NCBI GenBank assembly: GCA_951406725.2
Contig: OX597823.1
Span: forward strand, 62,372,001-62,436,000
Source of the DNA: Octopus vulgaris
Lineage: Eukaryota
DNA length: 64,000 bases
Direction of reading: 5' to 3'
The first letter of the stretch is position 1. Every line of letters begins with the position of its first letter. A program made the translations under genes and the position numbers. This document shows positions 42,221-54,629 of the stretch, in pieces. The notes under the pieces were generated by a model. It saw only the letters and a list, made by a program, of their open reading frames with translations. It did no database searches and was not told where the DNA came from.

Positions 42221-42941
42221 AATTATCCCCTTGAAATTAACGCCATCGCTGCCAACACCAAACAGACACTTTCACCATCACCACCACCTCCACTACCACT
42301 ATCACAAACATCTCACACCGCCATCACCACCACAACACACCGCTATCAGCGTCACGGCTGCCACCGCCGTTGACATGGTTCCGTTGCGCTGAGTTCCAGA
42401 AATTATGTCACCCACGTGTTAAACGAAAGAATGCTGCCAACGGAGTTGGAATGGGGGTTTCTTGTCAGTTCAGGTCGGGGTCGGGACAGCACTAAGCTGG
42501 AGGCGACGATGGTGACGTTCCGAATTGAAAGTGAGAAACCAAAAAAATATAGGATGCGGGGCGAACGGGGTCTGAGAATGGGTGGGGTCAGCTGGGGTTG
42601 GGGGTTGAAGGTGGGAGTGGAAATGCAATGGGAAATCAAATAAAACTAGTAAATTAACTTCTGTTGGTGCTAAGATGGAATGATAGCTTTAACCTAAGGA
42701 CGGGTAGGAGCAACTGCGAGCGGATGGGGGCAAAATGGGGGCGGGGGGCAGAGAGGGTAGCAGGGTGGGAGAATATTTGATTGTTGGGATCAGAGCTGAG
42801 AAAGAAGAACTCGATGGTTTAAATTCATTTACATCTTATATTAAGGACTGTTTCCTTGCCGACCCAAATAAGTCACACACCCTAAACACTGACTCCCACC
42901 CTACACACACAATAATAATAATAATAATATTAATAATGATA

Positions 42942-42991
<50 letters not shown>

Positions 42992-43231
42992 AAATTCTAT
43001 AATAATAATTAATTCTTTTTGCAACCAGGTCGAAGGATGAAGTGAAGGGTGTTAGATTTAATGGAATGATTAAAAAAAAAGAAAGAAAAGTATACATGAG
43101 GGGAAGTATACATAATTTACGGCATCAAGAAATAAATTTATTTATATATATATATATATATATAATATTAGGGAGTAAATCCCAACTTACAGGGAAAAAT
43201 TAGATTTAGGATTAAATCTAATTTTATAGTT

Positions 43232-43272
<41 letters not shown>

Positions 43273-43273
<1 letters not shown>

Positions 43274-43659
43274 GGTGCAGGTGTGGCTGTGTCGTAAGTA
43301 GCTTGCTTACCAACCACATGGTTCTGGGTTCAGTCCCACTGCGTGGCATCTTGGTCAAGTGTCTTCTACTATAGCCTCGGGCCGAACAAAGCCTTGTAAG
43401 TGGATTTGGTAGACGGAAACTGAAAGAAGCCTGTCGTATATATGTATATGTATATGTGTGTGTATGTTTGTGTGTCTGTGCTTGTCCCCTAGCATTGCTT
43501 GACAACCGATGTTGGTGTGTCTATGTCCCCGTCACTTAGCGGTTCGGCTAAAGGAACCGATAGAATAAGTACTAGGCTTACAAAGTCCCGGGGTTGACTA
43601 AAGGCGGTACTCCAGCATGGCCGCAGTCAAATGACTGAAACAATTAAAAGAGTAAAAGA

Positions 43660-43660
<1 letters not shown>
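43273..43660 (+). mobile_element. SINE family A, full length
   Basis: GGTGCAGGTGTGGCTGTG...AAAAGAGTAAAAGAG. Confidence 0.9.
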
Positions 43661-43690
<30 letters not shown>

Positions 43691-43694
<4 letters not shown>

Positions 43695-43862
43695 ATCCAA
43701 ACAAGAAAGCACAAAAAAAACACAACAACGCGAGGACGTGGAACAAATATAGTATTATTGGACGGTCAGGAAAGAAGGAAAGGAGGTTTTAACTTTTCGA
43801 GCGGAGATCTTCGTCGGAAACATAGGAGAAGGAAAGATCCAGAGAAGGGAAGACACACGCGG

Positions 43863-43925
<63 letters not shown>

Positions 43926-44177
43926 CAAATTGAGATAGGGGTTGTAAATGCAACCCTCCATGGGATAACACATATCCAATATATTGCTAGTGAAGTACCC
44001 AACAAAGTTAATACATAAATGTTAATGATTGCGATACAATCAATTCATTTACTGTATTATATGGGCATATGTAAAATGATTTACCACAAATTACTAATAC
44101 AATATGTTTCCGACGAAGAGCTCCGCTCGAAACGTTAAACCCTCCTTTCCTTCTTTCCTGAGCGTCCAATAATACTA
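43691..44177. mobile_element. Penelope-like hammerhead-bearing element with inverted partial copy
   Basis: 43750-43824 is the reverse complement of 44104-44177; homologous to 48211-48414; flanked by (TA)n. Confidence 0.7.
44106..44140 (+). ncRNA. Minimal hammerhead ribozyme motif
   Basis: GTTT-CCGACGA-A-GAGC(TCC)GCTC-GAAAC-GTT|AAAC. Helix I is GTTT/AAAC; helix III is the loopless palindrome ACGT; there is an extra A before helix II. Confidence 0.65.
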
Positions 44178-44186
44178 TATATATAT

Positions 44187-44258
<72 letters not shown>

Positions 44259-44295
44259 CGAGTCCGTTTGCAACCACTTTGCTTATCTATGTTAT

Positions 44296-44596
44296 CAGTG
44301 GTTCCCAAATTGTTTCGGGCTGCCGTCCCCTTGACACCCAGGCCACATTCCGAGCACCCCCACCACAACTAACTATCACAAACACCGACCTCTTTCTGAA
44401 GCAAATTCAGAGCAACTGTATTTCACAAATAAAACTTAACCTAACGAACCCATTATTTTGTTGTTTTTACATGAATCGCTATCCCCACTTTTTACATGAA
44501 TCGCTACCCCATTATCATCCCCACTTTTCTTCAGTGCCCCCTTGTAACTTTCCACTGCTCCCAGCAAGGCAATACCGCCCACTTTGGGAACCACTG
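44296..44596. mobile_element. hAT/Charlie-type MITE
   Basis: Perfect 14-bp TIR CAGTGGTTCCCAAA; possible 8-bp TSD ATCTATG(T/G), offset by 3 bp on the left. Confidence 0.8.
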
Positions 44597-44924
44597 ATCT
44601 ATGGCGACATCTGCTAACAGATGGTCGCTGTCACTGAAGGTCGTTCACCAACAAGGTTTCGTGGTGCATAACACCGACTGAAGCAGCATCCACATCGATT
44701 TGACGACCCATGGATATGAACTCTGTTGGAATTATGGTAGTGTGTGTGTGTGTGTGTGTGTGTGTATGCGTGTGTATGTGCGTGCGTTTTGTGTGTGTCG
44801 TGCGTGGATATATGTATTTACATACGTATACATACATACATGCATACATATATACATACATACAGTCGTACATACATACATACATACATACAGTCGTGCA
44901 TACATACATACATACATACATACA

Positions 44925-44956
<32 letters not shown>

Positions 44957-45073
44957 CATATATACCGTGGGAATTGAACGGGGAGAGAGAAAAGATAGGC
45001 AAAGAGGGGGACGAGACAAACACGATAGCACAATGGAAGAGAAAGAAAAAGAGAGCTGAAGAGATGTAAGGGT

Positions 45074-45104
<31 letters not shown>

Positions 45105-45346
45105 AAAGAAGGAAGGAAAGGAAGAAAGAAAGGAAGCACCAGACCACGTGATTTCGATCAGCTGGAAGAGATGTCTTCCTGGGGTTTCGTGGTCTCATAG
45201 TGGGGATAAACACCACCTATATATATATATATATATATATACACCAGGTGGTGCTATTAAGTTAGACATGGCCTGGGCCAATAATGGCCGAAACCTATCA
45301 AAGTATCAAAGTATCAAAGTATATATATATATATATATATACGCAT

Positions 45347-45401
<55 letters not shown>

Positions 45402-45530
45402 AATTTATTAGATGTGTCATTTGCTTGTATAAAATAAGATTGAATTTATCATTTAATGATTAAATCATTTAATTGTTCAATTTATTATTTTGGTTTTTAT
45501 TTCTAATTTATATTTATATATATTTATATG

Positions 45531-45623
<93 letters not shown>

Positions 45624-45625
45624 GC

Positions 45626-45738
45626 GACGGGGTTCTTTGAGTTTCCGTCTATCAAATCGACTCATAGACACTTGCCCAAGGTGCCATTGAACCTGTATTT
45701 GGATTGAACCCGGAACCATGTGGTTGAGAGACAAACTT

Positions 45739-45796
<58 letters not shown>

Positions 45797-46000
45797 GCCT
45801 GTGTTCGTTTCCCGCCACCGCTTGATAATCAGTATTGGTTTGTTTACGTCCTCGTAACATCAACAGTTCGGCGAAAGAGATACCGATAGAATAAGAAGCA
45901 GACTTAAGAAATAAGTATTATGGTCGATATAGTCGGCTAAAACCCTTCAAGGCACTGCTCCATCATGGCCGCAATCTAATAACTGAAACAAGTAAAGGAC
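45626..46000. mobile_element. SINE family A halves in opposite orientation (45626-45738 -, 45790-46000 +)
   Basis: Family A motifs on either side of (TG)n. Confidence 0.75.
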
Positions 46001-46593
46001 ATAAGATAACTGAATAGGTTTTTATGGCATGGGAAGACATGAACACTGACGTTTCGTGCAACGTCTCACACCAGATTAAAAACGAAAATGGATTCTTGCC
46101 AATTTAGACCACAACTAGTTTACTTGCAGTCTGGGCTTTAACAGCTAACGAGTAAACGAACATTTCCGAATATTTGACTTTGAGTTTTGTGAATCTATTT
46201 TTTACATTACATATCGACCGGCCATGTTTTACTTTACTTCATTTTCTTTTCCTTGTAGGAAATGATTTTTTTTATTTTTGTCTACCTCCTACCTTTGTAT
46301 TGGGTGAAATTAACTGATCGATTTAAGTTTGTGTAAAAACAAGCGCCTACAATTGTGAAAAGTAGGTGAGGCGTATAGTCGGTCTGAAATGGTCGGCAAC
46401 AATCCTCCTAGAACTATTCCGTGTATTTTCTCTGCTCTACCTACATCCACCTGCAACTATTCAAGGTGGCTAGGTGTGTAGGTAGGTAGGCAGGAAGCAT
46501 CAGCTACTCCAGTTCCATTAGTCTGGGAAGAAGGGCTTGCAAACGTTACAAGCACTATTCCAGCTTCCGTTTACACTCGCGCGTACGCTCATA

Positions 46594-46636
<43 letters not shown>

Positions 46637-46891
46637 ATACATATATAATATACATGTGTCTATTATATATCTTTTATCTTTTATTTGTTTCCGTCTTGAA
46701 GCTAGTCGAACATATATACAAAATGGACCTGGTTCATGCGTTATCGACCACAGGTTCAGACAATTCATCGACCATAAGGAAATTGGCTATTATTGATCAT
46801 TTCTTTTACTTATACACAAGGTCACACGTATACACGAATGCGGAATACGATATCTTTTTCTCATTAACACATACACACACACAAACACACA

Positions 46892-46938
<47 letters not shown>

Positions 46939-47202
46939 ACACACACAAACACACACACACACGCACAAACAAACAAACAAACAAACCCATATACACATAT
47001 GTTAAATTACGAATTTAAAGCAGCTTTAGTGATATAGACATTAACGGTCGCACATACATCGTGTATGTGTTGTGTTTAAAAGCCTATTTGCTGCTGGATA
47101 GCGTCCAGTGACAGCTCCCTAAACGGTGCTGAATGTCAAAGAACACTGAATGTCCCAGACCAGGCGAGACAATTCGCCTCGGATGACTGGGAATGGTAAA
47201 TA

Positions 47203-47868
47203 TCTATTTCTTTATTAACCACAAGGGGCTAAACACAGAGGGGACAAACAAGGACAGACATAGGTATTAAGTTGATTACATCGACCCCAGTGCGTAACTG
47301 GTACTTAATTTATCGACCACGAAAGGATGAAAGGCAAAGTCGACCTCGGCGGAATTTGAACTCACAACGTAACGCAGACGAAATACCGCTAAGCATTTCG
47401 CCCGGCGTGCTAACGTTTCTGCCAGCTCGCCGCCTCACTCTATTAGCATATAAGTCACAGGCCAGTGATTCACTTCGTTTCGAGATGATCCGAATACATG
47501 GTATTGATAAGCCACAAAATTGACGAAATACCGATATCTGCTAATTTCGGTTATCTGAAACGGAAAAAAAACGCATTAAGCACTTAGCTGGGCGTGCTAA
47601 CGATTTTGCCAGCTCGCCGCCGATTTTCGGTATCAATATTAAAACATTATAAGGCGGCGAGCTGGCAGGATCGTTAGCACGCCGGACAAAATGCTTAGCG
47701 GCATTTTGTCCGTCTTTACGTTCTGAGTTCAAATTCCGCCGATGTTGACTTTGCCTTTTCATCCTTCTGGTGTCAATAAAACAAACACTAGTTGAACACT
47801 AGGGTCGATGTAATCGACATACCCCTCTGCCGAAATTGCTGGCTTTGTGCCAAAATTTGAAATCAATA
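47203..47868. mobile_element. SINE family B cluster (47203-47437 -, 47520-47622 -, 47651-47868 +)
   Basis: Family B motifs; the last copy has an imperfect TSD ATATTAAAAC(A/G)T(T/A)AT. Confidence 0.9.
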
Positions 47869-48175
47869 TTAAAACGTAATACACTAAAGCCGACAACTGC
47901 TATAACCATCAGCACCACCACCATCCCCACAATCAGTACCATTTCCATCCGCGCCCCGAGATCCTGCCTTCATTTACTGACTTAGAGGTCTGCAGTATGC
48001 TGGGTGTCGAGAGACAAAGTGGGTAGGTGCGAAGTAGACTCAATTAAAACAAACTACAGTATCCTTAAGGGCTCTTCAGATTTGGAAGTAATGAATGCAT
48101 CCATCCATCCATGCATACATACATATAATATATGTGTGTGTGTGTGAATGGATTTGTATATATATATTTAATTAT

Positions 48176-48210
<35 letters not shown>

Positions 48211-48214
<4 letters not shown>

Positions 48215-48414
48215 ATCCAAACAAGAAAACAGAAAAAACACAGCAACGCGAGGACGTGGAACAATTAAAGTATTATTTGACGCTCAGGAAAGAAGGGAAG
48301 GAGAGTTTAACGTTTCGAGCGGAGCTCTTCGTCGGAAACAAAGGAGAAGAAAAGATCCCGAGAAGGGAAGACAGAGGGAAAAAATTTTTTTGCTGGTGGT
48401 GCTCAAGAGATCAC
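48211..48414 (-). mobile_element. Penelope-like hammerhead-bearing short element
   Basis: Homologous to 43691-43865; intact motif GTTTCCGACGAAGAGCTCCGCTCGAAACGTTAAAC at 48305-48339 (-); in (TA)n. Confidence 0.7.
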
Positions 48415-48425
48415 ATATATATATA

Positions 48426-48999
48426 TCTATATATATAAAACTCTAGTTGTGTGAGTGTCTGTCCCCTTCGATTTAGATTCCTAACTCCTCCCACATTTTG
48501 CGGTGCAGTTTAACCAAATTCGGGTATCTTATAGTCGTGATTCATATCGAGCCCGTCTGACTATTAGCGCACGTCAACGATGAGTCTACGATTTTAAAAA
48601 TAATTTAACATCATTTTTTATTCCATTTTAATGCATAAAATGCATCGTGTGTCGATGGCGGCGGAGTTGGCGTCCACGCTCACAGCTGCACCTGTTTGCT
48701 TCTCCCCCTTCCCTCCCTCGTGAAGCTGTGGGGAAGGGAGTGTAAAGAAATCAACGTCGTAATGCGTTATGAAGGAGACCAGCGTTCTTTTAGAACAACG
48801 ACTTCATGGCTTGAAGACGTCGTAATGCGTTATGAAGGAGACCAGCGTTCTTTTAGAACAACGACTTCATGGCTTGAAGACACCAAAACAAAAATGGCTA
48901 AGAAAGTCCGAATTGGCATCTATAAGGGAAGTAACTCTCTAAAAATGCTTATATAGTTATTTCCCTTACAATCCCGAGCAACGCCGGGCGATACTGCTA

Positions 49000-49000
<1 letters not shown>
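48426..49000 (+). mobile_element. Non-autonomous Helitron
   Basis: A|TCTATATATATAAAA start; 3' hairpin CCCGAGCAACGCCGGG (48973-48988); CTAG|T end; internal perfect 63-bp tandem duplication at 48754-48879. Confidence 0.85.
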
Positions 49001-49043
<43 letters not shown>

Positions 49044-49178
49044 GGGAAAATAAGTTCAAAAAAGAAAAATTCGAACTTTTTGAGAGTTCCAAAAAGAGAG
49101 AAAGAATGATTTCTAATAAAGATTCATCATATTCATAAAAAAAAACAGCCAGAGCAAGTAATAAGAATATGAAAATAG

Positions 49179-49371
49179 TAGTTGAAAAATATTGTTATTG
49201 GTATAAATATACCATAAACAATTAAAGAAAAATGCAGGAAAAAATTATGTTCAATCAAAATTAGATTGAATCCTATTTTGTATTAAATCTAATTTTGATT
49301 CAACATCTTTTTCTCCTCCGTTTTTCTATAACTGTTTACGGTATCTTTATACCTATAACGATATTTTAAAC

Positions 49372-49375
<4 letters not shown>
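49179..49375. repeat. Degenerate inverted repeat, about 95-bp arms and 7-nt loop
   Basis: ATGTTCAATCAAAATTAGATT...AATCTAATTTTGATTCAACAT; the arms extend with scattered mismatches. Confidence 0.8.
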
Positions 49376-49421
<46 letters not shown>

Positions 49422-49550
49422 TGTGTGTTTGTGTATAGAAAGATAGATAGATAGATTTACACATATACTCATATATACATACATGCATCAATGCATATAT
49501 GTACATGAATATACATATATATATAAACACACACATACATACATACATAT

Positions 49551-49581
<31 letters not shown>

Positions 49582-49870
49582 TAAATATATGCGTATTCTT
49601 CCTGTAACGAAACTATAAATGGAGCTGTTTGGTGGACCAAGTTATAATTCCAGCACAGCGTACAACCAGCTGAATGTTGTTATCTAGACTTGATGTAATC
49701 GTGCTGAAGGATCCCAACTGTAGCCCTTTATCAGATAATTTTGGTGTGTAGGGAGTAGGGATGTCCTGTTTATAAGTTCACTCCATACACTTCCTATCTT
49801 TAGCAAACGTGACGGCACGTCACTGTATATGGGCATGTAAATATGGCCGCCGGTCTGGGTTTTTGTCCGT

Positions 49871-49906
<36 letters not shown>

Positions 49907-50052
49907 ATGTTTTAATGCTAATGATATATGTCAGTGAGAGAAATCGAGGTAGAGTGGCAAAGAAATAGAACAAGACAGCAAAGTATGTGTGTATGTGTGT
50001 GTATGCGCAGGTATGTATGTATGTTTGTGTGTGTGTGTGTATAAATGTGTGC

Positions 50053-50101
<49 letters not shown>

Positions 50102-50273
50102 CATATATACGTATATATATATACATGTATATACATATATGCATATATATATACACATATGCATATAGAAACACAGAGAGAATCTATGGATATTCATATG
50201 TATTGGTAGAGATAAATATATACATGCACGCATGCATGCATACATACATACATACATACATAAATACATGCAT

Positions 50274-50340
<67 letters not shown>

Positions 50341-50485
50341 TGCACACATACACACTTACACACATACACGTGCATGTATGTTTATTTTTTGAACTGTACA
50401 TATGTATGTGCGTATCGAAAGCAAGAAACAGAAGAATGTGTAGAAATTCAGAAAAAAAAAAAGAAAATGAGAGAAAAAAAATTAC

Positions 50486-50866
50486 AGGAGTGGCTGTGTG
50501 GCAAGTAGCTTGCTTACCAACTGCATGGTTCCGGGTTCATTCCCACTGCGTGGCAAGTTGGGCAAGTGTCTTCTACTATAGCCTCGGGCCGACGAAAACC
50601 TTGTGAGTGGATTTGGTATACGGAAACTGAAAGAAGTTCGTCATATATGTGGCCGTTTGCCAGCCTCGTCTGGCACCTGTGCCGGTGGCACGTAAAAAGC
50701 ACCCACTACACTCACAGAGTGGTTGGCGTTAGGAAGGGCATCCAGCCGTAGAAACATTGCCAGATCAGACTGGGCCTGGTGCAGCCTTCTGGCTTCCCAG
50801 ACCCCAGTTGAACCGTCGAACCCATGCTAGCATGGAAAGTGGACGCTAAACGATGATATAAATGAT

Positions 50867-50911
<45 letters not shown>

Positions 50912-50931
50912 TATATATATATATGTATATA

Positions 50932-50967
<36 letters not shown>

Positions 50968-51158
50968 TGTATGTGTGTGTGTTTATGTGTTTGTGTTTGT
51001 CCCCCCAACATCGCTTAACAACCGATGGTGGTGTGTTTACGTCCCCGTAAATTAGCGGTTCGGCAAAAAGCGACCGATAGAATAAGTACTAGGCTTGCTC
51101 GAATAAAGGCGGTGCTCCAGCATGGCCACAGTCAAATGACTGAAACAAGTAAAATAGT
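50486..51158 (+). mobile_element. SINE family A interrupted by an RTE-tailed SINE fragment (50648-50860)
   Basis: Family A head 50486-50645 and tail 50975-51158; the insert has GTTGGCGTTAGGAAGGGCATCCAGCC and AACCCATGCTAGCATGGAAAG..GATGAT. Confidence 0.85.
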
Positions 51159-51991
51159 ATATATATGCTTATTCAACTAATTTTCCATTAAGACGGGTGG
51201 AGAGAAGATTTAACGGTAGGAGTGTGGAATGAATGCGAAAATGAAAGAAAGAAAGAAACTAACTAACAGACAGACAAACACACAAACAAAAGGACAAAGA
51301 AGGAAAGAAAAAGGAAGGAAGGAAGGAAGGAAATCTTGAATATGCAATGCATCTGTCCCCTTTTCTATTCCGAATATCTAACATTAGAATAAAAGCCAGT
51401 TGTTTTCCGACTGTCGAGAAAATACAGATTTCCACATCATAGCTTTTAAGGGATGTCTTTAAATCTTGTATCTAATTCATAATTACCCTACGCGCGCGCG
51501 CGTGTGTGTGTGTGGATAAATACACACATTTATATGTGTAGAAAATGGTGTTAACTCAGGAGTTTACCCTATTAGGCTCATCCACGGGTCCAAGTTATCA
51601 GACGGATAGTTAGTTATCCTGAGATAGTTTGTTTTATTAAACGCATGCCTGAAAAAAATCCACAAATAGAATTACTACCAAGGAGAATGGAGTGAGCAAG
51701 TCCTTCTATTTCATTGATTTACAATTGTTTCACCGAAATTTCATGTCATGAGTACTGCTATGGTATGCAATAATGTAGGTAACCATTTTTTCATGAGTTT
51801 TCATAGACACAAACTCGAAAATTGATTCTCTGGAATAACGCTTTAATTATTATCTTTATCGTAGCTTTTTAAAATTGTTTTTAGATAACTTTTCATTTTT
51901 GAAAAGTTTTTTCAAATATTTTGACTATCAAGAACTTTTAAAATTTACACAGACACAGACACACACACATACGTATGTATGTATTAAGTAT

Positions 51992-52217
51992 GGGTTTCAA
52001 ATTCGGCACATGGACTGCAATTTCAGGGACGGGGGGGGTCAATCGATTACATCGACCACCCCCTTCCCGTGTTCAACTGGTATTTATTTTATCGACCTCC
52101 AAAGGATGAATGGTAAATTCGACCTCGGTGGAATTTGAACTCAGAACGTAAAGACGGGTGAAATGCCGCTAAGCATTTTGCCCGACGTACTAATAGTTCT
52201 GCCTGCTCGCTGCCCTT
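51992..52217 (-). mobile_element. SINE family B, full length
   Basis: TSD GTATGTATTAAGTAT on both sides. Confidence 0.9.
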
Positions 52218-52375
52218 ACGTATGTATTAAGTATTATTATAAAATAATTAATTTAAAGTAAAAAGTAACTATATATTTATTTATCTACTCCTTCGAGCAA
52301 CACACTTAATCTAGTGTAGAGTACTCAAATCTTAAGCTAGACGCCAATAAAAATAAGATAATGCGATATGAATAT

Positions 52376-54480
52376 TTTAACTATAAACATGACAACTACC
52401 TATAAACTGGCTCCTAACTCTACCTCTTAACCCAAAATATAGCTCTTCAACAATAATGTGCTTACAAGCCATAAATGTGTCGGTTGTCATGAATATGTAT
52501 TTTAAGCATAAACCTTATCTCCTGATTGTAATTGTAATTTTGCCTCTTCGAGTCAAAGCGGTTGTTTTCATGAAGTCTCGCGATCTACTAGAAATAGCAG
52601 TCAAATTTCCACAAATATCTCCTTGCCATTTTAGGAGAAGACTGATACATTCTATGGTAAAGTCTTTAATTTACAGAATCAGGATCGTCGCTGCTGATCA
52701 TATGTCGACTTTATTGGGGCCTACCTGGAGCTAAAAATCAGATAAATGTACTTATTAAACTAAAATATGTCCTTATTAAACTAAAATGTACCAGCTAAAA
52801 GTAAAGGTGTTTTTGAGCTACAAATAGCGTTAAATATCCTGTTAAACTAAACGTATACCTCGTAACAAAAACCTAATCTCAACCATACATGTATCTATTA
52901 ACTATAAATGTACCTCTTGACTACAAATGTACTTACTACCAATAACTGTACCTATTAATCACAAATGTCCGTCTAACATACAAAAGTACCTACAAAAACC
53001 CGTACACTTAATCATGAATGTATCTATCAACCATAAAAGTACAGCTTAACCATAAAGCGACGGAAGCAGTATCAATGCCAAAAAGCAATTTTTATATCCA
53101 ACTTAATGTAGCTGTATTGCTAGAGCGCCGAATATTGCGTTATTTACTTTGAGTGGACCTCTCATGTGGAAGTATAGTGCATAAAAGCACTTATATTTAT
53201 ATAGATGGTAAACATGAATCGACTGCTAAGGGCGCGGGAACTGTCAGATCACGTGATTTCCAAGCGCCCCGTCTCTTCAGGGAAAGAATGTCCAGTAAGC
53301 AGCACAGAGCCAAATCTCACTGCCGGAGATATATGGAATATCAGCGATCGTTCAGACATTGGTGTCGCAAATAGTTAACAGGCTTGTTAAAAAAAAATTA
53401 TTATTAGCGACAGAAGCAAAAGGTAATCTTTACATCCAGCTTAATGTGAATGCATTGTTAGAATGCCAAATATAGCGTTGTTTACCATGAGGAGACCTCT
53501 CATATGGACGCATCTGGCGCCCGAAGTAGACGATTCCCGTCTGCACCATGCATCCATATGAGAGGTCTTCTCAAAGTAAAACAAAAGAAAAAACGCTGTA
53601 TTCGGCGCCCTAACATACATAAAGTTGGATATAAAGATTGCCATAGATATATATTTTAACTGTACATGTGCCTCAAACATAAATATATCCCTTACTTCCT
53701 AAGCATAAATATCTCTCTTAAACATAACACTGTGAAACAAGGTTTTTGTCCTTGGGTAGCAACTGTTATTTCCAATTTGCTTACCCCTAGAAAGTATATA
53801 TAATGGCTAATATTTCCTTCAAACTTTACTTTTGTTACATTTATTCAAGCCCCAAAGAATCCCTCTCAACACATGGGTATGATGCTCCCCAACTACCTCT
53901 GCTCATGATCAGAGATGTACATATCGTCAGCCACAAAGGGACATGCTCAAGTGGTTATGGTCAAGCAACAGACAAACGAATCTGTGGTACTGAGCAGAAT
54001 GTTTGTTATAAAGATATTTCTTCTTCAGCAACTCTGTGCTAATTCTGTCTGAAATGTAATGGAAGATAGGTCAGTTTCAAAACATCGACGATCAAGTCAC
54101 AAAAGCAAAGTCTGAAGAGAATAGTAGTCATTTCCTTTGATTTCTAGATAAAAGCAAATACTGACCAAACACACACACACCAAAAAAAAAAATTGTTACA
54201 GTGATCATTGTGCCTACTAACCATGAATGAGACATTATCCTTAAATATGCATACTTTTTATAGATGTGCACCAAAATTAAAAATGCCTCGTAGCCATAAA
54301 TATATATCTTAAATTTAAATGTACCTCTTCACCATAAATGTACCAACCAGCCATAGATCTGTACCTCTTTTCCATAAAAAGTACTTGCTTATCTTAATCA
54401 TAAATGTATCCTTTAACCATAAAATGTACCTCTTAACCAAATGTATCTCTTAACTACAAATGCGCCTCTTTCATTATACA
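52376..54480. repeat. Degenerate 19-bp minisatellite (consensus about AACYATAAATGTACCTCTT), interrupted by insertions
   Basis: Runs at 52376-52550, 52740-53056, 53645-53727 and 54215-54480. Confidence 0.75.
53728..54203. mobile_element. Putative MITE with CACTGT termini
   Basis: CACTGTGAAACAA...TTGTTACAGTG interrupts the 19-bp array cleanly; no TSD resolved. Confidence 0.45.
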
Positions 54481-54629
54481 AACGTTCTGTATTGTACAGA
54501 AGGTGGTGGTAATTAGATAAAACTAGCTTGATATAGGTTATCATGTTCCCCATGCATCGGTCACATTCCAAACAGTTTTCATAGCATGAATAACTGCATT
54601 TACATTCAAATAATAGGTTATTGCAGCAT

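Noticed and set aside
41835-42375. Thr/His/Pro-rich mucin-like coding exon
   Set aside because: A degenerate (ACC/ATC)n tract with stops, interrupted by a SINE with TSD.
45268-45300. GGCC-AATAAT-GGCC-GAAAC hammerhead-like helix
   Set aside because: Lacks the CUGANGA box; at most a decayed remnant.
52376-54480. CRISPR-like array
   Set aside because: The units are contiguous and degenerate with no unique spacers or cas genes, and the context is eukaryotic.
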